Assembly (NCBI GenBank): GCA_963674865.2
Contig: CAXXYE010000001.1
Location: 128,001 to 192,000, forward strand
Direction of reading: 5' to 3'
DNA: 64,000 nucleotides
Source: Candidatus Hydrogenedentota bacterium
Lineage (GTDB): Bacteria; Hydrogenedentota; Hydrogenedentia; Hydrogenedentales; SLHB01
Position 1 is the stretch's first letter. Every line of letters begins with the position of its first letter. The position numbers were made by a program, and so were the translations under genes. Positions 39,205-50,000 of the stretch are shown piece after piece. A model generated the notes under the pieces. It searched no databases, was not told the origin of the DNA, and was given only the letters and a program-made list of their open reading frames with translations.

Positions 39205-41295
39205 TTACTCCTCGTCATCCAAGGCCTGTAGCAGCCCAGGCACGTTCTTCGCGCCCGCCGGCACGGTGATGGACGCCCCCTCGAATGCGTCGCCGATAGG
39301 CTCGATGCGCCCGCCCAACTGCTGCGCGAGGAATCCTTCCGCCACGGCGTAGAAGGACAATCGGTTTTCCGGCCGGGCGAAGCCGTGTCCCTCGTCCGGA
39401 TAGAGCACGTAGGTGACGGGAATGTCCTTCTCCTTCATGGCTTGGACAATCTGATCGGATTCCGCCTGCTTCACGCGGGGATCATTCGCGCCTTGCGCGA
39501 TCAGGAGCGGTTTCCGGATACGATCCACGTATGTCAACGGGGAGCGCTCGGCGAGCAATGCGCGACCCTCCTCTGTCCGGTGATCGCCCACCCGCGCCGT
39601 CCATAGCTCGATCATGGGCAGCCAGTACGGCGGAAACGAGTTGATCAGGGTGATCAGGTTTGACGGCCCGACCACGTCCACGGCGCACGCGAAGACGTCC
39701 GGCGTGAAAGTCAGCCCGGCCAGCGCGGCGTAGCCGCCGTAGCTTCCTCCGAAGATGGCCACGCGCGCGGGATCGGCGATGCCTTGATCGATGGCCCACT
39801 GCACCGCATCGATGAGGTCGTCATGCATCTTGCGGCCCCACTCCAGATTGGCCGCGTTCACGAAATCTTTCCCGAAGCCTGTGGAGCCTCGGTAGTTCAC
39901 GTCGAGGACGGCGTATCCTCGATTGGCCAGCCACTGGTGCGTTGGATCGAGGCCCCACACGGCGCGCGTCCACGGCCCTCCGTGTACCTGCAACACCATC
40001 GGCAGCGGACTGGTAGGCCGGCCATCGTTGTCCGTATCCGTGCCGGGCGGCAGCGAGAGGTAGCTCACCAGGCTGAGGCCATCGCGGGACGTGATGACAA
40101 CGGGATGCATCGGAACCAGCGGCACGCCCTCGAGTTCGCGCCGGGTCGTAAACAAGAACTGCGCGTTGCCATCGCGCCGATCATAGCGGTAGAACGACGA
40201 CGGGGCGTCGTCCCGCCGGAAGGCGACGATCCACTGCGTATCATCCAGCGTGCGGCTGACGACGGCGATATCGCCCGGCGAGATAGTCTTCAGGCGCTCG
40301 AAATCGGCCGCAACGGCGGAGTCGAAGACTTGCCAGTGCTTTCGCTCGTAAGTGAAAGCCACCGCTTCGACGGTTTTCTCCGTAGGATGGCGCATGATGC
40401 CGCTCAGATCGGCCTTCGGATCCTCGGCGATGAGTCGCTGCTCGCCGGTGGCGAGGTCGAGCGTGACGAGCGCCGCCGTGTTGCGCCCGCGGCTGTCCAC
40501 CAAGTAGAGAACTTGGCCGCTCTTGTCGAAACCGGACGTGTACGTCGTGAGGCTATCGGCCATGCCGATATCCAGGAACGGCTCCCACGAGCCGTCGGCG
40601 CCCGGCTGCAGCAATTGCCGCCCGCCGTCGGGCGTCATCTTCGTGGCAAAGCGGATACGATACTCGTCGTCGGTGATGAATCCAGCAAAACCTGGATTCT
40701 CCTGGATCAACAGCCGCTCGCCCGAGAGCAAGTCGAGTCGGTAGATATCGTGTAGTTTCGGATCACGATCATTCAGTCCGATGAGGATCTCCTCGGGAGA
40801 CTTGTAGCTGACGCGCTCGATCTCGGCCCGCACGTCCTCGATCGGCGTAAGATCGCGCGTCGTGCCGCTCGCCAGATCGACCACGTAAACGCGCCAATTC
40901 TCGTCCCCGTCCTTATCCTGCAAGTAGACGATGTGCTTGCAGGTGTAGGCCCAGAAGTAGATGCGAACGCCCCGCTTCGTGTCGGCCGTAACAGGCCGGG
41001 CGGCGCCCGGATCTCCGGCAGGCCCCACCCACACGTTGAGCACGTTGTCCACGGGGGCGAGGAAGGCGAGTTGCGTGCCGTCGGGGCTTAGCCGCGGGCT
41101 GGCTTTGTCCGGATTGCCGAACAAGAGCCGCCGCGCAATGATGGGCGCGGCGATGGAGGCCGCCGCCGTCTTTCCGTGCGTGCCGTGCGAGTCCGTTCCC
41201 AAGGCGGCGCAACCTATCAGGGCTGCCGCCATTACCGCGCACATGATCCAGAAGCCGAGCCGGACACCTGTCGCCGACGCTTTGCACTCTCGCAT
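39205..41295 (-). CDS. S9 family (prolyl oligopeptidase-like) peptidase
   Basis: VHGGPW, NYRGSTGFG, GGSYGG, NDPRV, DEGHG; signal/lipobox LIGC. Confidence 0.93.
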   Translation of the reverse strand: MRECKASATGVRLGFWIMCAVMAAALIGCAALGTDSHGTHGKTAAASIAAPIIARRLLFGNPDKASPRLSPDGTQLAFLAPVDNVLNVWVGPAGDPGAARPVTADTKRGVRIYFWAYTCKHIVYLQDKDGDENWRVYVVDLASGTTRDLTPIEDVRAEIERVSYKSPEEILIGLNDRDPKLHDIYRLDLLSGERLLIQENPGFAGFITDDEYRIRFATKMTPDGGRQLLQPGADGSWEPFLDIGMADSLTTYTSGFDKSGQVLYLVDSRGRNTAALVTLDLATGEQRLIAEDPKADLSGIMRHPTEKTVEAVAFTYERKHWQVFDSAVAADFERLKTISPGDIAVVSRTLDDTQWIVAFRRDDAPSSFYRYDRRDGNAQFLFTTRRELEGVPLVPMHPVVITSRDGLSLVSYLSLPPGTDTDNDGRPTSPLPMVLQVHGGPWTRAVWGLDPTHQWLANRGYAVLDVNYRGSTGFGKDFVNAANLEWGRKMHDDLIDAVQWAIDQGIADPARVAIFGGSYGGYAALAGLTFTPDVFACAVDVVGPSNLITLINSFPPYWLPMIELWTARVGDHRTEEGRALLAERSPLTYVDRIRKPLLIAQGANDPRVKQAESDQIVQAMKEKDIPVTYVLYPDEGHGFARPENRLSFYAVAEGFLAQQLGGRIEPIGDAFEGASITVPAGAKNVPGLLQALDDEE

Positions 41296-41456
41296 AGTAT
41301 CTTTTCCTTGTGATCCCGCCTGAAGTGTGATGTCGTCCGTTCTGCCAGATCCGCCTGATGTTGTCAATGTGGTGGGAGGCACCCATCATCTTGCGGCCGC
41401 GATTCTATGAGGGAAAGGGGAAAGGTGCAATGGGCGGATGCGTGCGTCAAGACGTG

Positions 41457-43817
41457 CTACTGTTCCACGACCTCGAAGGGGATGGCCGGGAGCGCGCCAA
41501 CGGAAATCGTACGCTTACGCGTCGTGCCTTTGTCTCGTGGATCAGGCCTCGCGAGTTCCGCGAAAGCTCCTACGATCAGGTTATTCCTGCCGCCGGCCTC
41601 AAGTGCGCCTCCATCAGCAGCCAGTTCCAGAACGAGCATCCCGCGGGAGGCAGCAACGTTTTTGAGAGTGATCCCTTCGGGCGGGTCAAGGAGTTCAAAG
41701 TGGACCTCGGGCGGCATCGGGCGTCTGCCGATCTGGAAGTGTGCCCCTGCCGTGCCACCTTCGGGAATTCGGACGGGATCATCCTTGGCGGATCTGATGG
41801 GCGCGCCGCCGCGTTTGTCCCCTTTGACGGCGACGATGAACTCCTGCGAGGGCACCAAGTGCCTGTATAGGAACGCCTGCATCATATCCTCTGCCGGTAT
41901 GGCAGGTTGACGCATTGTTTCGCCGTCTATTTCCGCGCGCCCTTCTATCTTCACGGCGACGGGCCCATCTTGTGGCTTCCGCGGCACCGTCAGCGTCATG
42001 TGGATGTGGTCGCGTCCCGCCGGGATCGTGGCGCCACTCAACGAGAAGCCGGGGGGCGCATCGGCCAACACCACATCAATATCCCGATCGAATCCTTCCT
42101 CACGCAATGCGTAGACACAGATAGGCGTGGCCCATCCGGCCCGTAGGCTGAGGCTCGAAGGCGTCACCAACAAGCGGAAGCGGGGGCGCGGCGCGGAGAT
42201 TCGGAATCGATAGGCGTAGGCCTCCCCGCCGTGACGCTGTGCTTCGGACATGTGCAGGCGGTACAGGCCGTCCTGTGGGAGTCGGGCGTGGAGATAGGAA
42301 TCGGCGTGGTGCGTGAGCAAGCCCATGTCGGTTCGCAGATAGCCTTCCTTCACTTCGTGATCATCATTCCACGCCAAGATCTGCCCGGCGGCATCCGTCA
42401 AACGCACCAGAGAATCCACCGGAGAGCCTAATCTGCGCGCCATGACTTCGGCCACGACTTCGTCGCCCGCGTGGCCTTCAAACGCGAACACGTCCACGTC
42501 GCCTGATTCCGCGATGAGGCCGTTCACGATCAGCGGCAGTGTGACGGCCTGTGCGTCACTCGCCGTGTCGTTAGGCTCCTTCTCATTGCATTCGGGCAAC
42601 GTGTCCACGGCATAGGCCACGCCGTTGGATAGTGCCTCGCCGTCGCCCAAGGAAGCCTGTCGGATACGCGCGCCGCCCGGCCGTGTGTCAAGCTTCAGGC
42701 GTCGCCGCGGCAGATTCCATCCTGTGACGGATGCAACAGCCTTAGCGTCCTCGCGTCCGCCCAGGGGATACATCCCGGTTATGAATGGCTCTTCTCCAAC
42801 GGAAACGCGGTATACGAAATCCTCCCGGCCTCGGTAGATGGCATCGTGGATCTCCAGTTCGTACTCGCCGTCGGCAGGCACAGTGTAGAAAAGAACCGGG
42901 TCGGGGCGGAACCTGTAATCGTCCTCGAAGGCGAGCTCGTTTCCTCGACTGTCATACAAGGCGAGCGTAGGCTGAAACCACCCAGGGACGGCGTCGGCCA
43001 GGAAGGGGATGAGCCGCCGCGCTGACACCTCCATCACGAGTTGCTGCCCCTTTCGCGCCTGGAAGCGAAAACGATCGATGTCCCCGGGCTTGATCTGTCC
43101 ATTGAACAGCACGGGCAAGTCGGCAGGCGCCATCTTCGTGGCTCTCGGGGGGGGCTCCCCGTCGTTAGGCTCAAGCTCCTGGAGTTCCGGAAGCGTGCCC
43201 ACCTGAAAACACAGAGGATTCGTCAGGCCCATTCGTGTCTCGATGCGCAACTCCCTGTCGCCGGGTGGCGCATCGGGATCGATCGTCACCTCTATGACCA
43301 CCATCTCGGCAAGCTGCCTGTTGCGCTGCATCTTCTCCTTGGATGTGAAGAGTTCACGCATGACGTGCTGCAGTTCCAGGAGGCTCAGGCTGTCCAGGTT
43401 GTTGAGCAAGGGATGATGAGGAAGTTCCACAGGCCCTGCATCCTCCTGTACCGGCCCTTCCTCTGCGGGTTTTCCGCGCGGCGGCCTACGGCGCATGAGA
43501 GGGCCTTCCCTGCCCGTCAGCTCAGCCCAGCGCTCGCTGAGTTGTCTTTGGACCTCTATCCGCTCTTCGCCTTTCAGGCGGAGCTGCTTGGCGTAATCGA
43601 CGACTTCGGCGTGCACGCCTTCGCCGGTGACGTACACCTGGCGGGCGAGCCGCAGGTATTGCCCTCCCGCCATCACGTTGACAATCGTGCCCTGCTTGCC
43701 GCCGGCGGGATAGAGATAGCCGATATGCGGCGTCACGTTCCCCGACTGTCCCAATGCTTCCGTACTGAGCAGGGCGAGAGCCAGGAGCGTCAGGCTGCGT
43801 ATCATCCGCATGGGCAT
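41457..43817 (-). CDS. Secreted PPC (pre-peptidase C-terminal) domain protein
   Basis: YPAGGKQGT, two E.EPND motifs, DIDRFRF / DVDVFAF; typical partner of DUF1501/DUF1553. Confidence 0.8.
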   Translation of the reverse strand: MPMRMIRSLTLLALALLSTEALGQSGNVTPHIGYLYPAGGKQGTIVNVMAGGQYLRLARQVYVTGEGVHAEVVDYAKQLRLKGEERIEVQRQLSERWAELTGREGPLMRRRPPRGKPAEEGPVQEDAGPVELPHHPLLNNLDSLSLLELQHVMRELFTSKEKMQRNRQLAEMVVIEVTIDPDAPPGDRELRIETRMGLTNPLCFQVGTLPELQELEPNDGEPPPRATKMAPADLPVLFNGQIKPGDIDRFRFQARKGQQLVMEVSARRLIPFLADAVPGWFQPTLALYDSRGNELAFEDDYRFRPDPVLFYTVPADGEYELEIHDAIYRGREDFVYRVSVGEEPFITGMYPLGGREDAKAVASVTGWNLPRRRLKLDTRPGGARIRQASLGDGEALSNGVAYAVDTLPECNEKEPNDTASDAQAVTLPLIVNGLIAESGDVDVFAFEGHAGDEVVAEVMARRLGSPVDSLVRLTDAAGQILAWNDDHEVKEGYLRTDMGLLTHHADSYLHARLPQDGLYRLHMSEAQRHGGEAYAYRFRISAPRPRFRLLVTPSSLSLRAGWATPICVYALREEGFDRDIDVVLADAPPGFSLSGATIPAGRDHIHMTLTVPRKPQDGPVAVKIEGRAEIDGETMRQPAIPAEDMMQAFLYRHLVPSQEFIVAVKGDKRGGAPIRSAKDDPVRIPEGGTAGAHFQIGRRPMPPEVHFELLDPPEGITLKNVAASRGMLVLELAADGGALEAGGRNNLIVGAFAELARPDPRDKGTTRKRTISVGALPAIPFEVVEQ

Positions 43818-43827
43818 ACTCCTCAAC

Positions 43828-45126
43828 CTACATGATCTCGCGGAGGCGCCCGGCGCCTTCTTCGCTGGCGGGCATGATCTGCACATCGAGTCCTTTGTTG
43901 TTCGGGAGCGGAGATTCCGGGTCGATGTCCAGTAACTCGTACATGCTGCCTATCAGATCCTGTGGATACACGGCACGCTCGGCCACTTCCTCGCCTTTCG
44001 CGTCCGATGCGCCCACAACGCGGCCCCCCTTGAAGCCTCCTCCGGCAACCACAGCCGAGAAGCACTTACCGTAGTGTCCGCGGCCGCCGTTCCAAGGGGA
44101 CTCCCATTGGACTTTCGGTGTCCGCCCAAATTCGCCGCTCCACCAGACAATGGTTGAGTCAAGCAGGCTCCGCTCGTCCAAATCCACCAGCAACTGCGCC
44201 ATTCCCTGATCCATTTCCGGCAGTTGCCGGCGCATCGCCTCGAAATGCTGCTTGTGTGTGTCCCATCCGTGGTAGTTGATCGTCACGTAGGGCACGCCTT
44301 GCTCGACGAGTCGCCGGGCCATTAGGCACGACTGGCCGAACGTGTTGCGGCCGTAGCGCTCGCGCATGTCGTCTGTTTCCTCTGATAGATTGAACAGGCG
44401 TTTCGCTTCGCCGAACATCATCTGGTAAGCGTTTTCTTCGCAGCGGCTGAACTGGGCCAAGCTGGGGTCGTCGGGCATCGCCCTCCCGAGTGAGTCAAGC
44501 GCGTGAAGCAGCGTGCGGCGGCTCAATTGGCGTTGATCGGAGATGCCTTCCGCGACAATTCCCTCCACCGCAAAGGGTTCATGATTGGGATCGCCTCCTG
44601 TGGCGAACGGCTTGTAGCGCTGTCCCAGGAAGCCGGCCTCCGAGAAGCGGCCTTGAGGCTCCGTCAGCACGATGTAAGGAGGCACACAGCCTTTGTAACC
44701 GTGCTCGTATCCTCGTAGAAGCGATACGACTGCTCCCATACAGGGATATACCAATCGCCCGGGCTGTCTGCCGGTTTGCACTATGTACGACGCCGTCTCG
44801 TGCGCGTTTACGCCGTGCGTCATGCTTCGGATGATGGCGTACTTATCGGCCTGCTGTGCCAGGAGCGGCAGCATCTCCCCAATATAGGTACCGTCGACGT
44901 TGGTGGGAATCGTGTTCTTCAGCGGCCCGCAGTAATCGCTCCCCGCGTCGGGCTTGGGGTCGAAAGTGTCCAGATGGGATGGGCCGCCCCACATCCAGAT
45001 CTGGATCACGGCTTTGGCCTTGGGCGAAGGCGCTGTACTTAGTGCGTGAGCGCGGCCTTTGCCGGCGAGCGCCAAACCGGCCGCCCCAAGCAATCCGCGC
45101 TTCAAGGCTGCACGCCGTGTCATCAT
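43828..45126 (-). CDS. DUF1501 family protein with Tat signal
   Basis: TRRAALK; WMWGGPSHLDTFDPKP, ARRLVE.GV, GWDTH, GEFGRTP. Confidence 0.9.
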   Translation of the reverse strand: MMTRRAALKRGLLGAAGLALAGKGRAHALSTAPSPKAKAVIQIWMWGGPSHLDTFDPKPDAGSDYCGPLKNTIPTNVDGTYIGEMLPLLAQQADKYAIIRSMTHGVNAHETASYIVQTGRQPGRLVYPCMGAVVSLLRGYEHGYKGCVPPYIVLTEPQGRFSEAGFLGQRYKPFATGGDPNHEPFAVEGIVAEGISDQRQLSRRTLLHALDSLGRAMPDDPSLAQFSRCEENAYQMMFGEAKRLFNLSEETDDMRERYGRNTFGQSCLMARRLVEQGVPYVTINYHGWDTHKQHFEAMRRQLPEMDQGMAQLLVDLDERSLLDSTIVWWSGEFGRTPKVQWESPWNGGRGHYGKCFSAVVAGGGFKGGRVVGASDAKGEEVAERAVYPQDLIGSMYELLDIDPESPLPNNKGLDVQIMPASEEGAGRLREIM

Positions 45127-45201
45127 GTCCGGTGTTTCGCTGTGTGTTCATGTCTGTTTACCACCTTGCAGTGGATTGCCGCATGCGCGGGCCTTGCCCT
45201 C

Positions 45202-46767
45202 TCAATGCCGGTACAGGAATTCCTTCGTATTGATCAATGCCCACAAGAGATCGCCCACAGCTTCCGTAAGCGTCAGTCCATCCGTCTGAAGATACGAGTC
45301 TGCCGTGTCCAGCTCGGCCTGCGTCGGGAAGCGTGACAAGACACTCAGATACAGCATATTGATCGCCCGCGAGGGATCCTGCTCGACGGTATTGGCCAGG
45401 CGGCGTAGATTTCGGCTTCGCTCGATCTTGTTTTGAATGTGCGTCGAATTGAGCAAGTGCAGACACTGTGCGTCGGTAGGTTCATTGTTGCGCTCCGACT
45501 CCAAACCTGTGTCGCGGGATGGCCGCCCGAACATCTCGAGAAACTGGCTGGTGATGCTGCCGTCGGCAAGCGTGATGGAGGGCAAGCTCTTGGGGATGAA
45601 GCTGAACGGTTCCGGTATCGGACTGGAGTAGCCTTCGCCGATGCCGCTGATGCGAGATAGCGCGTCGGAGAGCACCTCCGCATCCAGGCGCCGTACCGGA
45701 TAGTGCGCGAAAAAGATTGTCGCCTCCGGCTCATCGCTCCGCGCGATTGATGACTGCTGGTAAGTACACGAGTTGAGAATGAGCCGGAAAATGTGTTTCA
45801 GATCGCAATTGCTTTTGTAGAACTCGTGCTCGAGATAGGCGAGCACATCCGGGTGCACCGCCGGATTGTCGTCGCGGATGTCATCGGGCTCATGTATGAG
45901 GCCTCGGCCCAACAGCCAGGCCCAGGCGCGGTTCACGATATTGCGGGCGAACCAGGGATTGTCCTCACGAATCAGCCAATCAGCGAAGGCCTCGCGAGGA
46001 TCTTCGTAAGGACTTACCTCAACAAATGCTCCGTCGGGGAAGACCGCCTTCAAGACGCCGTCGGCGGCGGGGTCCGGGTAGACAATCTCCTCCTTCCATT
46101 CCGACGTGCTCTTGTAGGCCACGCGCTCGAAAAACGCAGCCATGCCAGCGCGCCGCTCCTCCGGCCAGTTCTCGATTCGGGCGCCCATGAACGTCAGCGC
46201 CACCGCGGCCGCGATGGCGGACGGTTCCGTGTCCTGTATGGCGCGGTAGAAGTTTACCGGGGGAACACGGAAGTTGCTGCCGCTCGACGTCAGCAACTCG
46301 CGGACAAACTCGTCATAGGATTTGTTGTCCCGGATCGCCTCGTAGATCCAGCGGTGGTATGCTTGCACCGCGTTCGGCCACAAGTTGATCGGAAACTCCG
46401 CCTTGACTCGGAGCAGATCGCACCATTTGAGTGTCCAGTAGTCGGCGAATTCCTCCCGTTCGAGCAAGGAATCGATGAGTATGGCACGCTTGTGTGGGCG
46501 TTCGTCGCGCAGAAACCGCAGGACCTCTTGAGGACGCGGTAGCGTGCCGATCACGTCCAGATACACGCGCCTGACGAAAACCTCGTCCGAGCAGAGATGG
46601 GCGGGTTGAAGTCCTCGAGAGAGAAACTCCGCCAGTACCAGTGCGTCGATAGTCTGGACTGGCAGGAATGCCTCGCGGCTTTCGTATGAGCGGATCACCT
46701 CGGACGCCGCGCCTTGCCCGGCCAGCGCCGCGACGAGAGTAAGTATTGCTGCGGCAGAGGTTTTCAT
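45202..46767 (-). CDS. DUF1549/DUF1553 domain protein lacking CxxCH
   Basis: FVRRVYLDVIGTLP, NPWFARNIVNRAW, RRLDAE, FGRPSR, WALINTKEF. Confidence 0.88.
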   Translation of the reverse strand: MKTSAAAILTLVAALAGQGAASEVIRSYESREAFLPVQTIDALVLAEFLSRGLQPAHLCSDEVFVRRVYLDVIGTLPRPQEVLRFLRDERPHKRAILIDSLLEREEFADYWTLKWCDLLRVKAEFPINLWPNAVQAYHRWIYEAIRDNKSYDEFVRELLTSSGSNFRVPPVNFYRAIQDTEPSAIAAAVALTFMGARIENWPEERRAGMAAFFERVAYKSTSEWKEEIVYPDPAADGVLKAVFPDGAFVEVSPYEDPREAFADWLIREDNPWFARNIVNRAWAWLLGRGLIHEPDDIRDDNPAVHPDVLAYLEHEFYKSNCDLKHIFRLILNSCTYQQSSIARSDEPEATIFFAHYPVRRLDAEVLSDALSRISGIGEGYSSPIPEPFSFIPKSLPSITLADGSITSQFLEMFGRPSRDTGLESERNNEPTDAQCLHLLNSTHIQNKIERSRNLRRLANTVEQDPSRAINMLYLSVLSRFPTQAELDTADSYLQTDGLTLTEAVGDLLWALINTKEFLYRH

Positions 46768-47075
46768 TGACGGGTATGAGTTGCTCCGTGCATCAGGATG
46801 TCAGAGGACGACTGCATATGATTGTGCCCAAACATTTGCGCAATGACCACAGAACCTAATCCAATAGGTACAACACCTTCGCAGCGGCGAGGTTCCCATA
46901 GGGGATTCAGTTGACTCCTCTTTCCCGCCCGTGGATACTTGCCAACTGGGCCTGGGCAGGCGAACGGCCTTCCTCAGATCCAAAGCGAGGCGACGTGCAT
47001 GGCGACGCGATCAAATGGCCGGGACTTCCAGATTTGGCCGACTGTCTCCGGCGGCGCGAGGGGGAGATGCGCTCT

Positions 47076-50000
47076 ATGAATCTCGAGAACACCCACCGAC
47101 AACACCTGACTCACCCATATGATCGACGATTCTGGCCAGGCGCACTATGCATCGTGTTGGCGCTTGCGTCGTGTTCTGTCGTACAAGCGCAGGAGTGGCC
47201 GACCTATCGCGGCGACGCCAACCGGAGCGGGATTACTGTAGACGCCGTCCGGCCGCCACTCTCACTGAACTGGAAGTATGTATCGCCGCATCCACCTAAG
47301 CCGGCGTGGCCCATGCCCGCCGAGGAGATGCCTCGCACCCATTATGACAATGCGTTCCACGTAGCCATCGCGGGTGGCTCCGTCTACTTCGGGTCCTCCG
47401 TCACCGATGAGGCCTACGCCATTGATGCGGCCACCGGCGCGATTCGCTGGAGCTTCGCCGCCGAGGGCCCCGTCCGGTTCGCCCCCTCCGTCTACGAGAA
47501 CCGCGTCTATTTCGGCTCCGACGATGGCTACGCCTATTGTCTCGACGCAGACAGCGGCGCCTTGATATGGCGCTATCGGCCAGGCCCGAGCGATGAGAAA
47601 GTCATCGGCAACGGCCGCATGATCTCCCTCTGGCCCGTGCGCACCAGTGTACTTGTTGTCGACGGCGTTGCCTACTTTGCCGCCGGCGTGTTCCCTTATG
47701 AAGGCATCTACATCTGCGCCCTAGATGCCGGCAATGGCGCGGTTGTCTGGAAGAACGACACCATAGGCGACCACGCCCCGGAACTCGAGTACGGAGGCAT
47801 ATCGCCCCACGGCTACATCCTTGCGTCTAAGGACATGCTGTACGTGCCCTCAGGGCGCTCCATGCCCGCCGCCTTCGATCGCAAGACAGGCGCCTTCGCC
47901 TTCTGTGCTTCTCCCGGAGCGAAACAGGGCGGTGTCTGGGCTTTGCTGGACGACGATCAACTCATCGCGGGGGTCGACCTTTCGGGCACGCCGCACAAGG
48001 AAGCCTACGACGCCAAGACCGGCAAGAGCCGCGGCGATATGTTTGGGTGGTTTCCAGGCATCGACATGGTTCTCACTCGCGACGCGTCTTATGTAGCAGC
48101 TCCCGAAGGCGTCTACGGCTTCAGCCGCGCTGTTCACGCCGAGGCAGCCAAGCAGGCCGAATCCCTGAAGCGCGCGTTGAGGCCTCTCAAGGACAAGATG
48201 GCCGAACTGCGGGGTGAGTTGCGCGCGGCTACCAGTCCAACAGTGAAGGACGAGTTGAGCGCCGGGCTGGCCGATGTGTCCCGCCAGATCTACGAACTCG
48301 CGGAGCGAGAGGAGCGTCTCAGGGCGGCCAGTTTCCAATGGCATCATCCTCAGGAAGGACTGGCCGCTATTGTGCTGGCCGGAGACACGGTCTTCGCGGG
48401 CGGCGACGGCTACGTCATTGGCCTGGATCACAAGTCGGGCCGGGAGATCTGGCGTGCTAAGGTGCGCGGCAGGGCTGTGGGCCTTGCGCCCGCCGCCAGG
48501 GGCCTTGTCGTTAGCACCGACGTAGGCGGCGTGTACTGCTTTGGGCCAGACATGGGCGTTGCACCTAAGACTGTCAGCGCCACGGGGGCTCCGGATAGCG
48601 AGCTGGACGAGACGGTGCGGGAGTTCTACGCCTCCGCCGCCGAAATCATCTTGCGCGAGACGTCGGTTGCAAGGGGATATTGCCTTGTGTTGGATTGCGG
48701 CACAGGCCAACTCGCTTCCGAGCTCGCACGATATTCCGATCTCTACATCGTCGGAATAGAAACGGATCTCGGGAAATGCCGCGAGGCGCGTGAGCGTTTG
48801 GCCGCTGCCGGCCTGTTGGGCGTGCGGGCCGCTGTCGAGCCGTGGGACTTGTCGGCGCTGCCCGACTGCTTCGCCAATCTGATCGTGTCCGAGGGGATGC
48901 TTACCTCCGGCCGGACTGACGCCCCGCGCGAAGAGATCCAGCGGCTCTTGCGCCCGTGGGGCGGCATCGCGTACCTGGGCGCCGGCAAAGGAAGGAGCAT
49001 TCGCTGGACTCAGCGCCGCCGCGGTCCTCTCGACGGGGCCGGCAGTTGGACGCAGCAGTTCGGCAATCCTGCCAACACGGCCTGTTCCGGCGATGAACTG
49101 GTAAAAGGTCCTCTCGGCGTGCTCTGGTTTGGCGGCCCGGGCCCTGAGGGCATGGTCGAGCGCCATGCGAAGCCCGCCAGTCCTGTCGCGATGAACGGCC
49201 GCCTATTCGTGCAGGGCGGTGAAGTGATCATGGCCTACGATGGCTTCAACGGTGCTTTCTTGTGGCAGCGCGAGATTCCCGGTGCGGTGCGCGTGCGTGC
49301 GGATGCCGATGGCGGCAACCTGGCCCTTGCCGAGGAGGGCCTGTATGTGGCCGCACACGATAGGTGTCTTCGACTTGACCTCGACACCGGCGACACGCTC
49401 CGCATCTACGAGGCGCCGCCCTGTGAGGACGGCAGCCCTCGGCGGTGGGGGTGGGTTGCGCGCGCCGGTGGACTTCTCTTCGGCACACGCGCCATGCCTC
49501 TCCGCACCGAGTATGCGGCCATCTGGAAGGAACTGTCGCAGGAAGAGGAATTGCCCGAACCTGAAGAGATGGATCACGAAACACGGGAGGTCCTCCAGCA
49601 AGACCTGTCGCTATGGGAGGGCTACGAGGACTTCAGGGCCACATATGAAGATGTGGATGAAGAAGTGCTTCGAGATTTCCAGCGTGCGGGCACCCACTGG
49701 CGCATTGTGGCGGACTTCCCCGAGTGGGAGAACTACCGTCCCGGGCAAGGGTCGGTGAGCGATCTCATGATGGTGAGTGATCTGCTTTTCGCCATGGATC
49801 CGGATACCGGCGATATCGTGTGGGCCTATCCCGGAAAGCGGATCGCGAACATCACCGTAAGCATTGGCGACGGAACAGTCTTCCTCGCGGAAAGTGACGT
49901 GACAGAGGCCGAGCGACAGGAGGCGCTGGCCGATCGCCGCCAATGGATTGAGCGCGGCCTGTATCAGGAGTGGCCCGGGGCCGGGCCCGACGACATCGGC

